Source: Kofleriaceae bacterium (GTDB lineage Bacteria; Myxococcota_A; Polyangia; Haliangiales; Haliangiaceae). From it: a stretch of DNA of 64,000 bases. Shown piece by piece: positions 52,641 to 62,840 of the stretch. The DNA is taken from assembly GCA_965215005.1 (NCBI GenBank), contig CBDCCZ010000004.1, forward strand, positions 32,001 through 96,000, written 5' to 3'. Each line of letters begins with the position of its first letter. The stretch's first letter is position 1. The translations under genes and the position numbers were made by a program. The notes below the pieces were generated by a model that saw only the letters and a list, made by a program, of their open reading frames with translations, did not search any database and was not told the DNA's origin.

Positions 52641-53831
52641 TCAGCTGCGATAGTCAGCGTTGATGGTGACGTAGTCGTGAGACAGGTCGCACGCGAGATA
52701 CTGACCGCTACCAGGGCCCATGTTCAAATCGATGATGATTGGATAGCGCGGCGCGGTCATCACTTTGGCCGCGCTGGCTTCAATATCCGCTGCGACGCGG
52801 GCGCCGCCGGCAACGACTTGAACTTCGCCGATGAAGAGGTCGATCGATGCCGGCCGCACGGCAACGCCGGCGTTGCCAGCGGCGCACAAGATGCGTCCCC
52901 AGTTGGGATCGGCACCGGCGATGGCGGTCTTGACCAGCGGCGAGTTGGCGATGCGGCGCGCGATGGTCTGCGCCGCGCGGTCGCTGGCAGCGCCGCGTAC
53001 GCGGATGGTGACGACGTGGTGCACGCCCTCGCCCTGGCTCATGAGCGCCTGAGCGAGCTCATCGAGAAGCTCGGTGAGGGCGGTGGCAAACGCAGTAAGA
53101 GCCTTGCCGCGCAGCGCGCGGCGATTACCAACGCCGCTGGCGAGCACCACGATCATATCGTTGGTGGAGGTGTCGCCGTCGACGGTGATGGCGTTGAAGG
53201 TCGTGGCGCACGCCGAGCCGAGCGTCTGTTGCAGCGCAGCGCTCGAGACGCGTGCGTCGGTGGTGACGAAGGTGAGCGTGGTGGCCATGTTGGGCGCGAT
53301 CATGCCGGCGCCCTTGGTGCAGCCGATGATCGTGATGGTCTCGCCGTTGATGGTGAGCGAGCGCTGCGCGGTCTTGGCGGCTCGATCGGTCGTGAGAATG
53401 GCCTCTGCAAAGCCGCTGAAGCCATCGCCATGCAGTTGCTTGCAAGCTTGTTCGATGCCGGCGGCGACCGCGTCGATGGGAAGCGGCACGCCGATGACGC
53501 CCGTGGATGCCACGATGACCTCATCAGCCGTGCTGTCGATGAGAGCCGCGGTTTGCCGCGCCATGGTTCGCGCATCGCGCAGCCCGCTGGCGCCGGTGCA
53601 GGCGTTGGCGTTGCCGCTGTTGACGACCACGGCCCGAACGACGCCCGCGGTGCGGGCAAGCGCGGCGCGGGAGACTCGCACCGGTGCTGCCGCCAAGCGA
53701 TTCTTGGTGAACACCGCCGCCGCGGTCGCAGCGCCGTCGCAGGCGATGATGCCTAGATCGGGGAGGCCGCTACTCTTGATGCCGCAAGCGAGGGCGGCGA
53801 AGCGGAAGCCCGCACAGCAAAGCGAAGCCAT
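52641..53831 (-). CDS. argJ: Bifunctional ornithine acetyltransferase / N-acetylglutamate synthase
   Basis: NSGNANACTG, STGVIG, KGAGMIAPNMAT, DGDTSTND, DPNWGRI, NADYRS. Confidence 0.97.
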   Translation of the reverse strand: MASLCCAGFRFAALACGIKSSGLPDLGIIACDGAATAAAVFTKNRLAAAPVRVSRAALARTAGVVRAVVVNSGNANACTGASGLRDARTMARQTAALIDSTADEVIVASTGVIGVPLPIDAVAAGIEQACKQLHGDGFSGFAEAILTTDRAAKTAQRSLTINGETITIIGCTKGAGMIAPNMATTLTFVTTDARVSSAALQQTLGSACATTFNAITVDGDTSTNDMIVVLASGVGNRRALRGKALTAFATALTELLDELAQALMSQGEGVHHVVTIRVRGAASDRAAQTIARRIANSPLVKTAIAGADPNWGRILCAAGNAGVAVRPASIDLFIGEVQVVAGGARVAADIEASAAKVMTAPRYPIIIDLNMGPGSGQYLACDLSHDYVTINADYRS

Positions 53832-53846
53832 GCGTCCACGTATACC

Positions 53847-55061
53847 TCACGAGGCGTCGCGTTGGCGCTGCTTGGCCAGCTGGGGACCTGTGGTCGCGAC
53901 GCGCGCGTAAGCGCCCGACTGCAGGGTCACGCCGGTGACGACGGCGAGCCCGGCTTCGTCGGTGACGCGCAGATGCGTGCGATCGAAAAGCTCGGCGATG
54001 CGCTGCTTGACCAGCGGAATGTTGCAGGTGCCGCCAATGAGGATCACCTCGTCGACCTCGCTTGGTTGCCATCCCGCGTGTTGCAGCTGTGCCGTCGTCT
54101 CGGTTACCGCACGCGCCACCAGCCGACGCCATAGGGGCTCGAGCCACGGGCGATCGACGACCACATCGATGTCCATGCGCGTGCCCCGCTCGACGTACGC
54201 ATCGGGGACGACCAGCTGCGCACTCTCAACGCGCGAGAGCACCCGTTTGATCGACTCGCAGCGCATTCGCAGGCTCGCCCAGCGGATCGCATCGCGGCGC
54301 ATGTCGAACTTGCAGCGGCGAAATACTTGCCCAGCGATGGCGTCGGCGAAGGCGTCGTCGAAGTCATCACCGCCCAAGAACGGATCGCCGCCGGTGGCGA
54401 CCGGGCGGAATACCGTTCCTTCCTGCTCGAGCAGGCTCACGTCGTAAGTGCCGCCGCCAAAGTCGCACACCGCGATGCGGCGATTGGCGGGCTGGGCGTG
54501 CAGTCCAGCGGCGAGCGCGCCGGCGATGGGCTCGGGAACGACTTGAAGAATTTCTACGTGCGCCAAGCGCGCTGCACGTCGCAGTGCGGCGATGTAGCCC
54601 GCATGGCACATCGCCGGAACTCCCAGCACGACAGAACGTACCGCGCAGCCAAAGCGTCGCTCGGCCAGTCCGCGCAGATGCGAGAGGATGGCAGCGGCAA
54701 TCTGCTCAGGGGCAATTTCGCTGCCGTCGATGTCGAGGACCGCGCGACCGCGGGCACCAGCTTTGATGCGATAGCCGACGCCGGCATCGAGACCACGGAC
54801 CTCGGGATCGGTGTTGGAGCGACCGAGCAGCCGCTTGATCGAACCGACGGTCCGCATCGGCTCGGTGGCCATCTTGAGCTGCGCGCTGCGACCAACGATG
54901 GGAGCGCCGCGCTGCGGCACGTGGACGACACTTGGAACGCTGGGATCGCCGTTGTCGAGGACCATCTCGAGGCGCTCACCGAGCATCGTTCCCGCCACCG
55001 AGTAGGTGGTTCCAAGGTCGATGCCCAAGACCACCTCGGTCTTACTCGCTGTTGCGCTCAC
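53847..55061 (-). CDS. Hsp70-family protein, nucleotide-binding domain only
   Basis: GIDLGTTYS, EPIAGAL, DFGGGTYD, LGGDDFD, LIGG; ends at about 400 aa without a substrate-binding domain; start uncertain. Confidence 0.9.
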   Translation of the reverse strand: MSATASKTEVVLGIDLGTTYSVAGTMLGERLEMVLDNGDPSVPSVVHVPQRGAPIVGRSAQLKMATEPMRTVGSIKRLLGRSNTDPEVRGLDAGVGYRIKAGARGRAVLDIDGSEIAPEQIAAAILSHLRGLAERRFGCAVRSVVLGVPAMCHAGYIAALRRAARLAHVEILQVVPEPIAGALAAGLHAQPANRRIAVCDFGGGTYDVSLLEQEGTVFRPVATGGDPFLGGDDFDDAFADAIAGQVFRRCKFDMRRDAIRWASLRMRCESIKRVLSRVESAQLVVPDAYVERGTRMDIDVVVDRPWLEPLWRRLVARAVTETTAQLQHAGWQPSEVDEVILIGGTCNIPLVKQRIAELFDRTHLRVTDEAGLAVVTGVTLQSGAYARVATTGPQLAKQRQRDAS

Positions 55062-55235
55062 GGGTTCCGTCGCTCCACGAACATGCAATCGTCCGCATTG
55101 CGGCTCGATTGAGGAGCGCCGTGGCGAATTTTGTCGGCCGGCGCCAGAATCGCCGACGAATCGGGCTGCAAGACTGCAAAGGCCGCGAAACGACACAGTG
55201 CGCTGTGCGGCACTGCCATTGCACCAAGGAGCGCG

Positions 55236-55745
55236 ATGCGTTGCTCTATGCTCGGAATGGTCGTGCTCGTGCTCAGTGGCAGCAGCGTGCGCGCCGAGAC
55301 CATTTCACCGGCGCTGGTGACGGCGGAGGTGCGCGCAGGTGCGGGCCTGGCGGTCGGCGGAGGTGCTGGGCAGTCGCAATGGCGGCAATCGCCGGTGACC
55401 GTGGGGGCGTTGGCGGATTTCGCGATTCTCACCGAGCCTTGGACGACGCTTTACGGCGGCGCCATCGTAGAAGGAGGCGATCGCGTCACCGCCGGCATCA
55501 CCGGCGGCGTGCGGCTTTGGCCCGGCCACGGGGCGGGAGGACGACTGGCCGCTGGTGGCGTGGCCATATTAGTGCCATTTCAATTGCTTGGCGGTCAGAC
55601 GGCGCTTGGATACTGCATGGGCGGTAGCATGCGCGTCTGCGGCGATATCGAGGCGACGGTGTTCTTTGCTGGCAACGACTTGCCCGATGATCGCGTCGCT
55701 GGGCAGCTGCAGCTGGTTTTAGGAGTGGGCTTCAGTGCGTATTAG
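55236..55745 (+). CDS. Small secreted / outer-membrane beta-barrel-like hypothetical protein
   Basis: Signal peptide, Gly-rich alternating strands, C-terminal LGVGFSAY. Confidence 0.65.
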   Translation: MRCSMLGMVVLVLSGSSVRAETISPALVTAEVRAGAGLAVGGGAGQSQWRQSPVTVGALADFAILTEPWTTLYGGAIVEGGDRVTAGITGGVRLWPGHGAGGRLAAGGVAILVPFQLLGGQTALGYCMGGSMRVCGDIEATVFFAGNDLPDDRVAGQLQLVLGVGFSAY

Positions 55746-56133
55746 CCATCTCGCCGCCGCTATGTTGCTGCTTGTCGGCTGCGAGCTCTCCAACGAGAAC
55801 TGCACGCGCCATAGCGACTGTTCGGCGGAGCTTGTCTGCGGGCGCAGCGGCGCCTGCATCGTCGCGCCGCCCGATGCCGCACCGACAGGCGATGACGGCG
55901 GCCAGTCGCCGAACGCAGATGCAGGCAAGCCGATGGTCGATGCCGGGGCGCGCGATGCGGCCGGCGCGATTCCCAACACCGCGCCAGCCCCTCCTGAGCG
56001 TCCTTGGCGGCAAACGCCGCCCGATGCCGCCATCGATGGCGGTGAGCCCGTGTCCGATGCCGGCACTGTCGATGGCGGTGAATTCATGCCCGATGCCGGC
56101 CCGTCCGGTGCGATAGGAGAGCGATACCGATGA
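55735..56133 (+). CDS. Cys-rich lipoprotein with a DAG-rich low-complexity tail
   Basis: Lipobox LVGC, C....DC....C....C motif, repeated DAG/DGG. Confidence 0.7.
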   Translation: MRISHLAAAMLLLVGCELSNENCTRHSDCSAELVCGRSGACIVAPPDAAPTGDDGGQSPNADAGKPMVDAGARDAAGAIPNTAPAPPERPWRQTPPDAAIDGGEPVSDAGTVDGGEFMPDAGPSGAIGERYR

Positions 56134-57056
56134 TGCATTCAAGCAAGCGCAGCTCGAGTCGCAGTGGCGGCGAGGGTCGCGCTGCGGTCGACGACGTGCT
56201 CGCGCAGGTCGATAACTTGCCGACGCTGCCGCTGGTGGCCATCACCGTGGGCGACATGGTCAATGATCCGGGGGCAACCGCGCGCGACATCTCGGGTGTG
56301 TTGCAGCGCGACCCGAGTTTGAGCGCCAAAGTGCTCCGGCTGGTCAACTCGCCATATTACGCGATTCCGGGCGGAGTTGGCGATGTACAGCGCGCCATCT
56401 CCTTCATCGGCTTCAACACGCTGCACCAACTGGTGCTGAGCGTCTCGGTGCTGAGCGCGTTGCGAACACCAGCAGGCTCGCGCTTTAACGCGCGGGGCCT
56501 TTGGCTGCATTCTCTGGCGGTCGGTGCGTGCGCCGAGGTCATCGCGACCCACATCGGCTACCGCGATCCCGGGGTGTGCTTTACCGCCGGTCTAATGCAC
56601 GACATCGGCAAGATTGCGCTCGCCAAAGCCATGCCCGAGCGCTTCGGCGCCGCGCTCGATGAAGCGAGCAAGAGCGGCACGCAGATGGCGGTTGCCGAGC
56701 GTGGCGCGGGATTGCCGTCGCACGACAAGGTCGGCAGCCGCCTAGCGCGCAAGTGGAAGTTTCCCGCGCCGCTGCTATGCGCGATCGAGCATCATCACGG
56801 CGCGCACCGGCCGCAAGTTCGACGTGAGCTCGCGCCAGCGATCTTGTCAGTAGTCGACATCGTCGCGGTTTCTGACGAGATCAGCCGCTTCTACGCCATT
56901 GGCGATAGTGGCTCGCCAGCGCCGGAAAAGCAGGATATGGCGGCTCTGGAGCGCGTCGGGCTATCGACGATTCAGGCCGAGCGCATCCACTCCGACTTAA
57001 TGCGCAAGCTCGAGGTCTCCAAGACCTTTCTAACGCTCATCGACGGCGACGACTGA
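56130..57056 (+). CDS. HDOD domain protein
   Basis: LPTLP, DPSLSAKVLRLVNSPYY, LWLHS, GLMHDIGK, WKFP...HH. Confidence 0.93.
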   Translation: MMHSSKRSSSRSGGEGRAAVDDVLAQVDNLPTLPLVAITVGDMVNDPGATARDISGVLQRDPSLSAKVLRLVNSPYYAIPGGVGDVQRAISFIGFNTLHQLVLSVSVLSALRTPAGSRFNARGLWLHSLAVGACAEVIATHIGYRDPGVCFTAGLMHDIGKIALAKAMPERFGAALDEASKSGTQMAVAERGAGLPSHDKVGSRLARKWKFPAPLLCAIEHHHGAHRPQVRRELAPAILSVVDIVAVSDEISRFYAIGDSGSPAPEKQDMAALERVGLSTIQAERIHSDLMRKLEVSKTFLTLIDGDD

Positions 57057-57076
57057 GCCATCCTGCCGCGTCAGCT

Positions 57077-58564
57077 CTAGGGCTCGAGGAGCGGTGCGCT
57101 TGCTTGCAGCGCCTTGACGCTCGGCAAGGTCAACGTGAACCGCGAGCCAACCGCGAGCGGCTCGTAGTCGATGCGGCCACCGTGCTCGGCGACGATATGC
57201 GCGGCGATCGCAAGCCCCAGTCCCGAGCCCTCGTGCTGGTCTTTGGTGGTGACGAACGGCTCGAACAGGCGCGGCACCACCTCAGCGGCCACGCCCATAC
57301 CTTCGTCGGAAACCGCAATCCGCACCCAGTCGGCGTCGACCTCGGCACGCACCGTCACCACACCATCGGTGGGCGAAGCATCGACGGCGTTGCGCAACAA
57401 GTTGATGACGACTTGGAGCATGAGCGGCTCGGAGACCATGACCTCGATGTCGGCGATTGGCTCGACGCGCAGCTCGACGCGAGCGCGAGCGTAGGCCTGT
57501 ACCAGGGTGATGCCGCGCTCGATGAGCTCGCCGACGCGACACGATCGGTGATTGGTCTCGCCGTTGCGCACGAAGGACCGCATGGCGGTGAACAGCGACA
57601 CCATGCGCTTGGACATCTCGGTGACGGTCGCGAGCGAGTCGAGCACCTCAGGGTCGCGGTCGGCGGTATCGCGCACGAACGAATCGAGGTCGAACAGCGC
57701 GGCCTGGAGCGCCTGGACGATCGAGGCGAGCTCGTGGACCAGTGCGGCGGTCATGCCGCCGAGCGTGGCGCGCCGGGCCACGTCCGAGAGTCGCGAGCGT
57801 GCTTGCGGATCGCTTGCCGCCTGCCGCGCGAGCTTGGTGGCTTCGTCTTGACTGCTCCAGTGGCGTGCGCGCCGGGCGAGAAACTCGAGGATGTCGCGGG
57901 TGCTGTCGCTGGTGACGTCGGCGATCAGGAAGGCATCGCCATCGGCGACGATGGGCTCCTCGACGCGCCAGCGCCCCGACTCTGGCAACGGATCGGGACC
58001 GCTCGGAGCCTGTCCAGCGAGCATGCGGCGACGGCCACAGACGTCCAGGACGACGCCGCATGACTCGACGCCGCCCAGGTGCGACGCCCGCTGGTGCACG
58101 ACCAACGCGAGCGAGCTCAGGCCTTCGGTGGCGCTGAGCTCATCGTCGACGCCAGCCACAGCGAGCGCATCGCCAACCGAGCTGGTGAGAGCGCGCTTGG
58201 CGTCGCGAAACTCGAACGCGCGGCGCAGCGTGACCTCGAGCTCGTCGTGCCAAGGCTTTCCAACCTTGAACGGAGCGTCCGGTTGCAACGTGGCGCGATG
58301 GGCATCGCTATCGAGATAGCCGGTCAAGAGGATGCGTATGACCTCGGGTGAGGCGTCGCGAGCGGCTTCCAGCACCTCGATTCCGCTCTTGCCGGGCATG
58401 CGCAAGTCGGAGATGACGGCGTCATAGTTGCGGCTGGCAAAGAGCTCCATGGCGGCCTCTCCGGACGCGACGGCTTCAACGTCATAGTTGCCGCAGAGCT
58501 CGTCGAACAGCGAGTCGCGGACGTCGTCGTCGTCGTCGACGATCAGGATTTTGCTTTTCACCAT
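57077..58564 (-). CDS. Hybrid receiver-histidine kinase
   Basis: REC (IVDDD, SDLRMPG), VHELAS H-box, NLLRNAVDA, GSGLGL; start ATG 58564. Confidence 0.9.
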   Translation of the reverse strand: MVKSKILIVDDDDDVRDSLFDELCGNYDVEAVASGEAAMELFASRNYDAVISDLRMPGKSGIEVLEAARDASPEVIRILLTGYLDSDAHRATLQPDAPFKVGKPWHDELEVTLRRAFEFRDAKRALTSSVGDALAVAGVDDELSATEGLSSLALVVHQRASHLGGVESCGVVLDVCGRRRMLAGQAPSGPDPLPESGRWRVEEPIVADGDAFLIADVTSDSTRDILEFLARRARHWSSQDEATKLARQAASDPQARSRLSDVARRATLGGMTAALVHELASIVQALQAALFDLDSFVRDTADRDPEVLDSLATVTEMSKRMVSLFTAMRSFVRNGETNHRSCRVGELIERGITLVQAYARARVELRVEPIADIEVMVSEPLMLQVVINLLRNAVDASPTDGVVTVRAEVDADWVRIAVSDEGMGVAAEVVPRLFEPFVTTKDQHEGSGLGLAIAAHIVAEHGGRIDYEPLAVGSRFTLTLPSVKALQASAPLLEP

Positions 58565-59784
58565 GCCGGCTCCTTGCGATGGATCGTTACGTCGAAGCGT
58601 GCGCCTTCGTCGGTGGGCACGTAGACGACATCGCCGCCCCACTGCCGTGCCAACCGCCGCGCCAGACATAGGCCAAGGCCGGTTCCATCACTCCGGCCCG
58701 ACACGAACGGCTCGAAAAGAGAATCCACCATCGCTGCAGGCACGCCCGGACCGGTGTCGATGATTGACACCACGACGCGATTGTCATCGCCGCTGCGGAG
58801 GGCGAGGCGCACCTTACCGGCGCCGCGGAGGGCGCGAATGGCGTTGTCGACCAGGTTCGACAGCACGTGGTGGAGCGCATCCGGCGGCGCCCACGCGGTC
58901 ACGTCGGTGTCGCCTTCGACGTGGAGCTCGACGCGAGGGGAGCGGCCGTCGAAGAGCGACAAGATGACATCGATCTCATCGGCCAAGCGAACCCGCTGCG
59001 GCTTGTACTCCAGCGTGCCGGTCTTATGCGCGCGGCGAATCGAGGTGACGATCACCTCCATGCGCGAGACCGCGTGCTGGGTGCGGCCAAAAAAACGCTC
59101 GAGGTCGGAGGCGAGCTCGGGATACTTCTCGGGCTCGATGCGCCGTTGAATCTGCCGAATCGCGCTGCACAGCGCCGCCATGGGATTGTTCATGCTGTGG
59201 GCGATGCCCGCGGAGAACTCACCCAAGGCGGCATGATGAGCCGCGCGCGCGAGCTGCGCGCCGACCGCGGAGAGCTCTCGGTTGCGCTCTTCCAACCGAT
59301 CTTGCGTCTCTCGCAGCCGTACGAACGCTTGCTCGAGCTCTTGATGAGCGGTGTAGAGCGCCGCGTGCTTGGCGATGACCTCGCGCTCGAGAATGCGCCG
59401 CTCGGTGGTGTCGCGGGCGATGCAGGCCACCAACGGCGCGGTGGGATGATCGATGTGAGCGACGGTGAGGGCGACGAAGACGGTGTAGCCATCGAGGCGG
59501 CGCAGCGCGACCTCTTCGTGGAGACCCGCGCGGTCGAGGATGCGCGAGGTCCAGTCGTCGTCGCGCGTATCGCGGTTGTCATCGGCGAAGAGCTCGCCCG
59601 CGGGCATACCGACGAGCGAGGCGCGCGAGCGACCGACCAGGTCTTCGAGGCGACTGTTGGCTGCGAGCACCCGCCGGGTATCGCGATGGATGCTAAATAC
59701 CGCTTCGGTTCCGTGCTCGAAGAGGATGCCAAACACCTGGTCTTCGAGCGTGGAATCACCTTCTTGAGTCTCGAAGAGCACCAT
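58558..59784 (-). CDS. PAS-domain sensor histidine kinase
   Basis: PAS-like region, AHSMNNP H-box, NLVDNA, DTGPG, GTGLGL; start ATG 59784. Confidence 0.9.
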   Translation of the reverse strand: MVLFETQEGDSTLEDQVFGILFEHGTEAVFSIHRDTRRVLAANSRLEDLVGRSRASLVGMPAGELFADDNRDTRDDDWTSRILDRAGLHEEVALRRLDGYTVFVALTVAHIDHPTAPLVACIARDTTERRILEREVIAKHAALYTAHQELEQAFVRLRETQDRLEERNRELSAVGAQLARAAHHAALGEFSAGIAHSMNNPMAALCSAIRQIQRRIEPEKYPELASDLERFFGRTQHAVSRMEVIVTSIRRAHKTGTLEYKPQRVRLADEIDVILSLFDGRSPRVELHVEGDTDVTAWAPPDALHHVLSNLVDNAIRALRGAGKVRLALRSGDDNRVVVSIIDTGPGVPAAMVDSLFEPFVSGRSDGTGLGLCLARRLARQWGGDVVYVPTDEGARFDVTIHRKEPAW

Positions 59785-60041
59785 CGCTAGCTCTTGGTTC
59801 GTCCGCTGCGGTGCTGCCTTTAGGCTGGTTCTGCGGGTCGGTGACGACCCACGGGGTGGGTCATTGACCCGGGTCCCCGCCGACCTACCGCGGCGGGGTG
59901 ATGGGAATAATGTGCAATGATATTGATGGTATCGATGGGTCGGCCGAAACTCGTGAAGCTGTAGCGCAGCGGCATGTTTCGCAACCATGCGTAACAGCGG
60001 ATGGTGCGTTGCTGGATCGAATCTTGATTGATGAAGCCGGC

Positions 60042-61457
<1,416 letters not shown>

Positions 61458-61570
61458 TACCGATCTCGCTTGGCTTCGCCGAAGCGGCTCCACGGGGGCC
61501 GCTTTGGCGTTTTCGGCCGTTGCGAGGATATGCTCCATCGCGCTGCCGTCGCGCTTGCAGCTGCAGTGCG

Positions 61571-61619
61571 CGTCGGGCCGCCTGACGCACGGGGCATCGG
61601 ATCGTCAATAACGGCGACG
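61571..61619 (+). promoter_or_regulatory. Two palindromic CGTC-N9-GACG boxes, candidate enhancer sites
   Basis: Boxes at 61571-61587 and 61603-61619, 32 bp apart, upstream of the sigma54 promoter. Confidence 0.55.
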
Positions 61620-61669
61620 AATCGCTTCCGCCGCGGCGACAACGGCGCGGAATCAGGAAGACCTCTGAT

Positions 61670-61685
61670 TGGCCCTGCCCTTGCT
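61670..61685 (+). promoter_or_regulatory. Sigma54 (-24/-12) promoter of the flgB operon
   Basis: TGGCCCT-GCCC-TTGCT with GG-N10-GC spacing, ending 12 nt before the flgB ATG. Confidence 0.8.
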
Positions 61686-61697
61686 GTTAAGGCCGCC

Positions 61698-62045
61698 ATG
61701 CGCGTGTTCGCCAACATCGACAGGATGGAAGGAGCGCTCACCTTCCACCGCGATCGCCACAGCGTCATCGCTGGCAATGTCGCGAACGTGGATACGCCTG
61801 GCTACCGGCCCGTCGACCTCGAGCGCCCCACTGATATGTTCGACGTGGGCTTGGGCGAGCGCGGCTACACCACCGCCTTCGATGACTCATCGATGGCGGT
61901 ATCGGCCGATGGCAATGCCGTGAACCTCGAGCGTGAGCTGGCGAAGATCGATGCCAACCGCGTTCGCTACAGCACCAGTGCCGAGCTGGTAACGCGGCGC
62001 ATGGCGATCCTGCGCTACGCCGCCACCGACGGCGCTGGCGGCTAA
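61698..62045 (+). CDS. flgB: Flagellar basal-body rod protein FlgB
   Basis: RHSVIAGNVANVDTPGY and DGNAVNLERE; start ATG 61698. Confidence 0.92.
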   Translation: MRVFANIDRMEGALTFHRDRHSVIAGNVANVDTPGYRPVDLERPTDMFDVGLGERGYTTAFDDSSMAVSADGNAVNLERELAKIDANRVRYSTSAELVTRRMAILRYAATDGAGG

Positions 62046-62059
62046 AGGAGGAGGAACCG

Positions 62060-62491
62060 ATGGATTTCTTTACTGCCATGGAAGTCTCTGCCTCTGGCTT
62101 GGCCGCGCAGCGCACGCGCATGAACGTGGCCTCGTCAAACCTTGCCAACGTCTCGACGACGCAAACCGCCGAGGGTGGGCCGTACAAGCGTCGCGATGTA
62201 GTGCTGTCGTCGCAGCAAGTACCGTTTAGCGTTGGCGGGTCCGATCCCACCAGCGATGCGGTACGTGCGGTGGCCGTCGACGGCATCGTCGAGGATCAGG
62301 CGCCACCGATGCTCGAGTATGACCCTGGCCATCCCGATGCGGATGCGCAGGGCTACGTCGCCTATCCCAACGTCAATGTCGTCGAGGAGATGGTCGACAT
62401 GATCACCGCCTCGCGCGCCTACGAGGCCGGCGTGACGGCGCTCTCTACCGCCACCTCGATGGCCGAGCGTGCGGTCGGCATCGGCCGCTGA
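62060..62491 (+). CDS. flgC: Flagellar basal-body rod protein FlgC
   Basis: ASGLAAQRTRMNVASSNLAN, YDPGHPDAD..GYV.YPNVNVVEEMVDMI. Confidence 0.97.
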   Translation: MDFFTAMEVSASGLAAQRTRMNVASSNLANVSTTQTAEGGPYKRRDVVLSSQQVPFSVGGSDPTSDAVRAVAVDGIVEDQAPPMLEYDPGHPDADAQGYVAYPNVNVVEEMVDMITASRAYEAGVTALSTATSMAERAVGIGR

Positions 62492-62499
62492 GGTAGCTC

Positions 62500-62823
62500 A
62501 TGACTGACCAGATCGTTCCCATAGGTCCGCGCGCCGCTGGTATCGGCGGCATCGCGGATGCGCGGCCATCGAGCCGCATCGATGGCGCTGCCGAAGGCGG
62601 CATGGACTTTGGCGAAGCCCTCGCCAATGCGATGAAGGGCGCCTCAGGCGCCGAGAACACCGCTGAGGAGATGAGCGCGCGGTTCTCCGATGGCGATCCC
62701 AACGTCGGCATTCACGAGGTGATGATCGCCTCGGAGAAGGCCAGCATCACCATGCGCTACGCGGTGACCCTCAAGAACAAGATGGTCTCCGCGTACCAGG
62801 AGCTGATGAACACCCAGGTGTGA
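62500..62823 (+). CDS. fliE: Flagellar hook-basal body protein FliE
   Basis: IHEVMIASEKA...KNKMVSAYQELMNTQV. Confidence 0.95.
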   Translation: MTDQIVPIGPRAAGIGGIADARPSSRIDGAAEGGMDFGEALANAMKGASGAENTAEEMSARFSDGDPNVGIHEVMIASEKASITMRYAVTLKNKMVSAYQELMNTQV

Positions 62824-62840
62824 AGCAGCGCTGAAGCACG

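Noticed and set aside
52626..53910. Long plus-strand ORFs opposite argJ (and similar ones opposite fadD, nuo and kinase genes)
   Set aside because: Antisense shadows typical of high-GC codon bias; the opposite strand carries the conserved motifs.
59835..59870. Hairpin between the PAS kinase and sigma54 activator genes
   Set aside because: A real inverted repeat, but without a U-tract or other support no function can be assigned.
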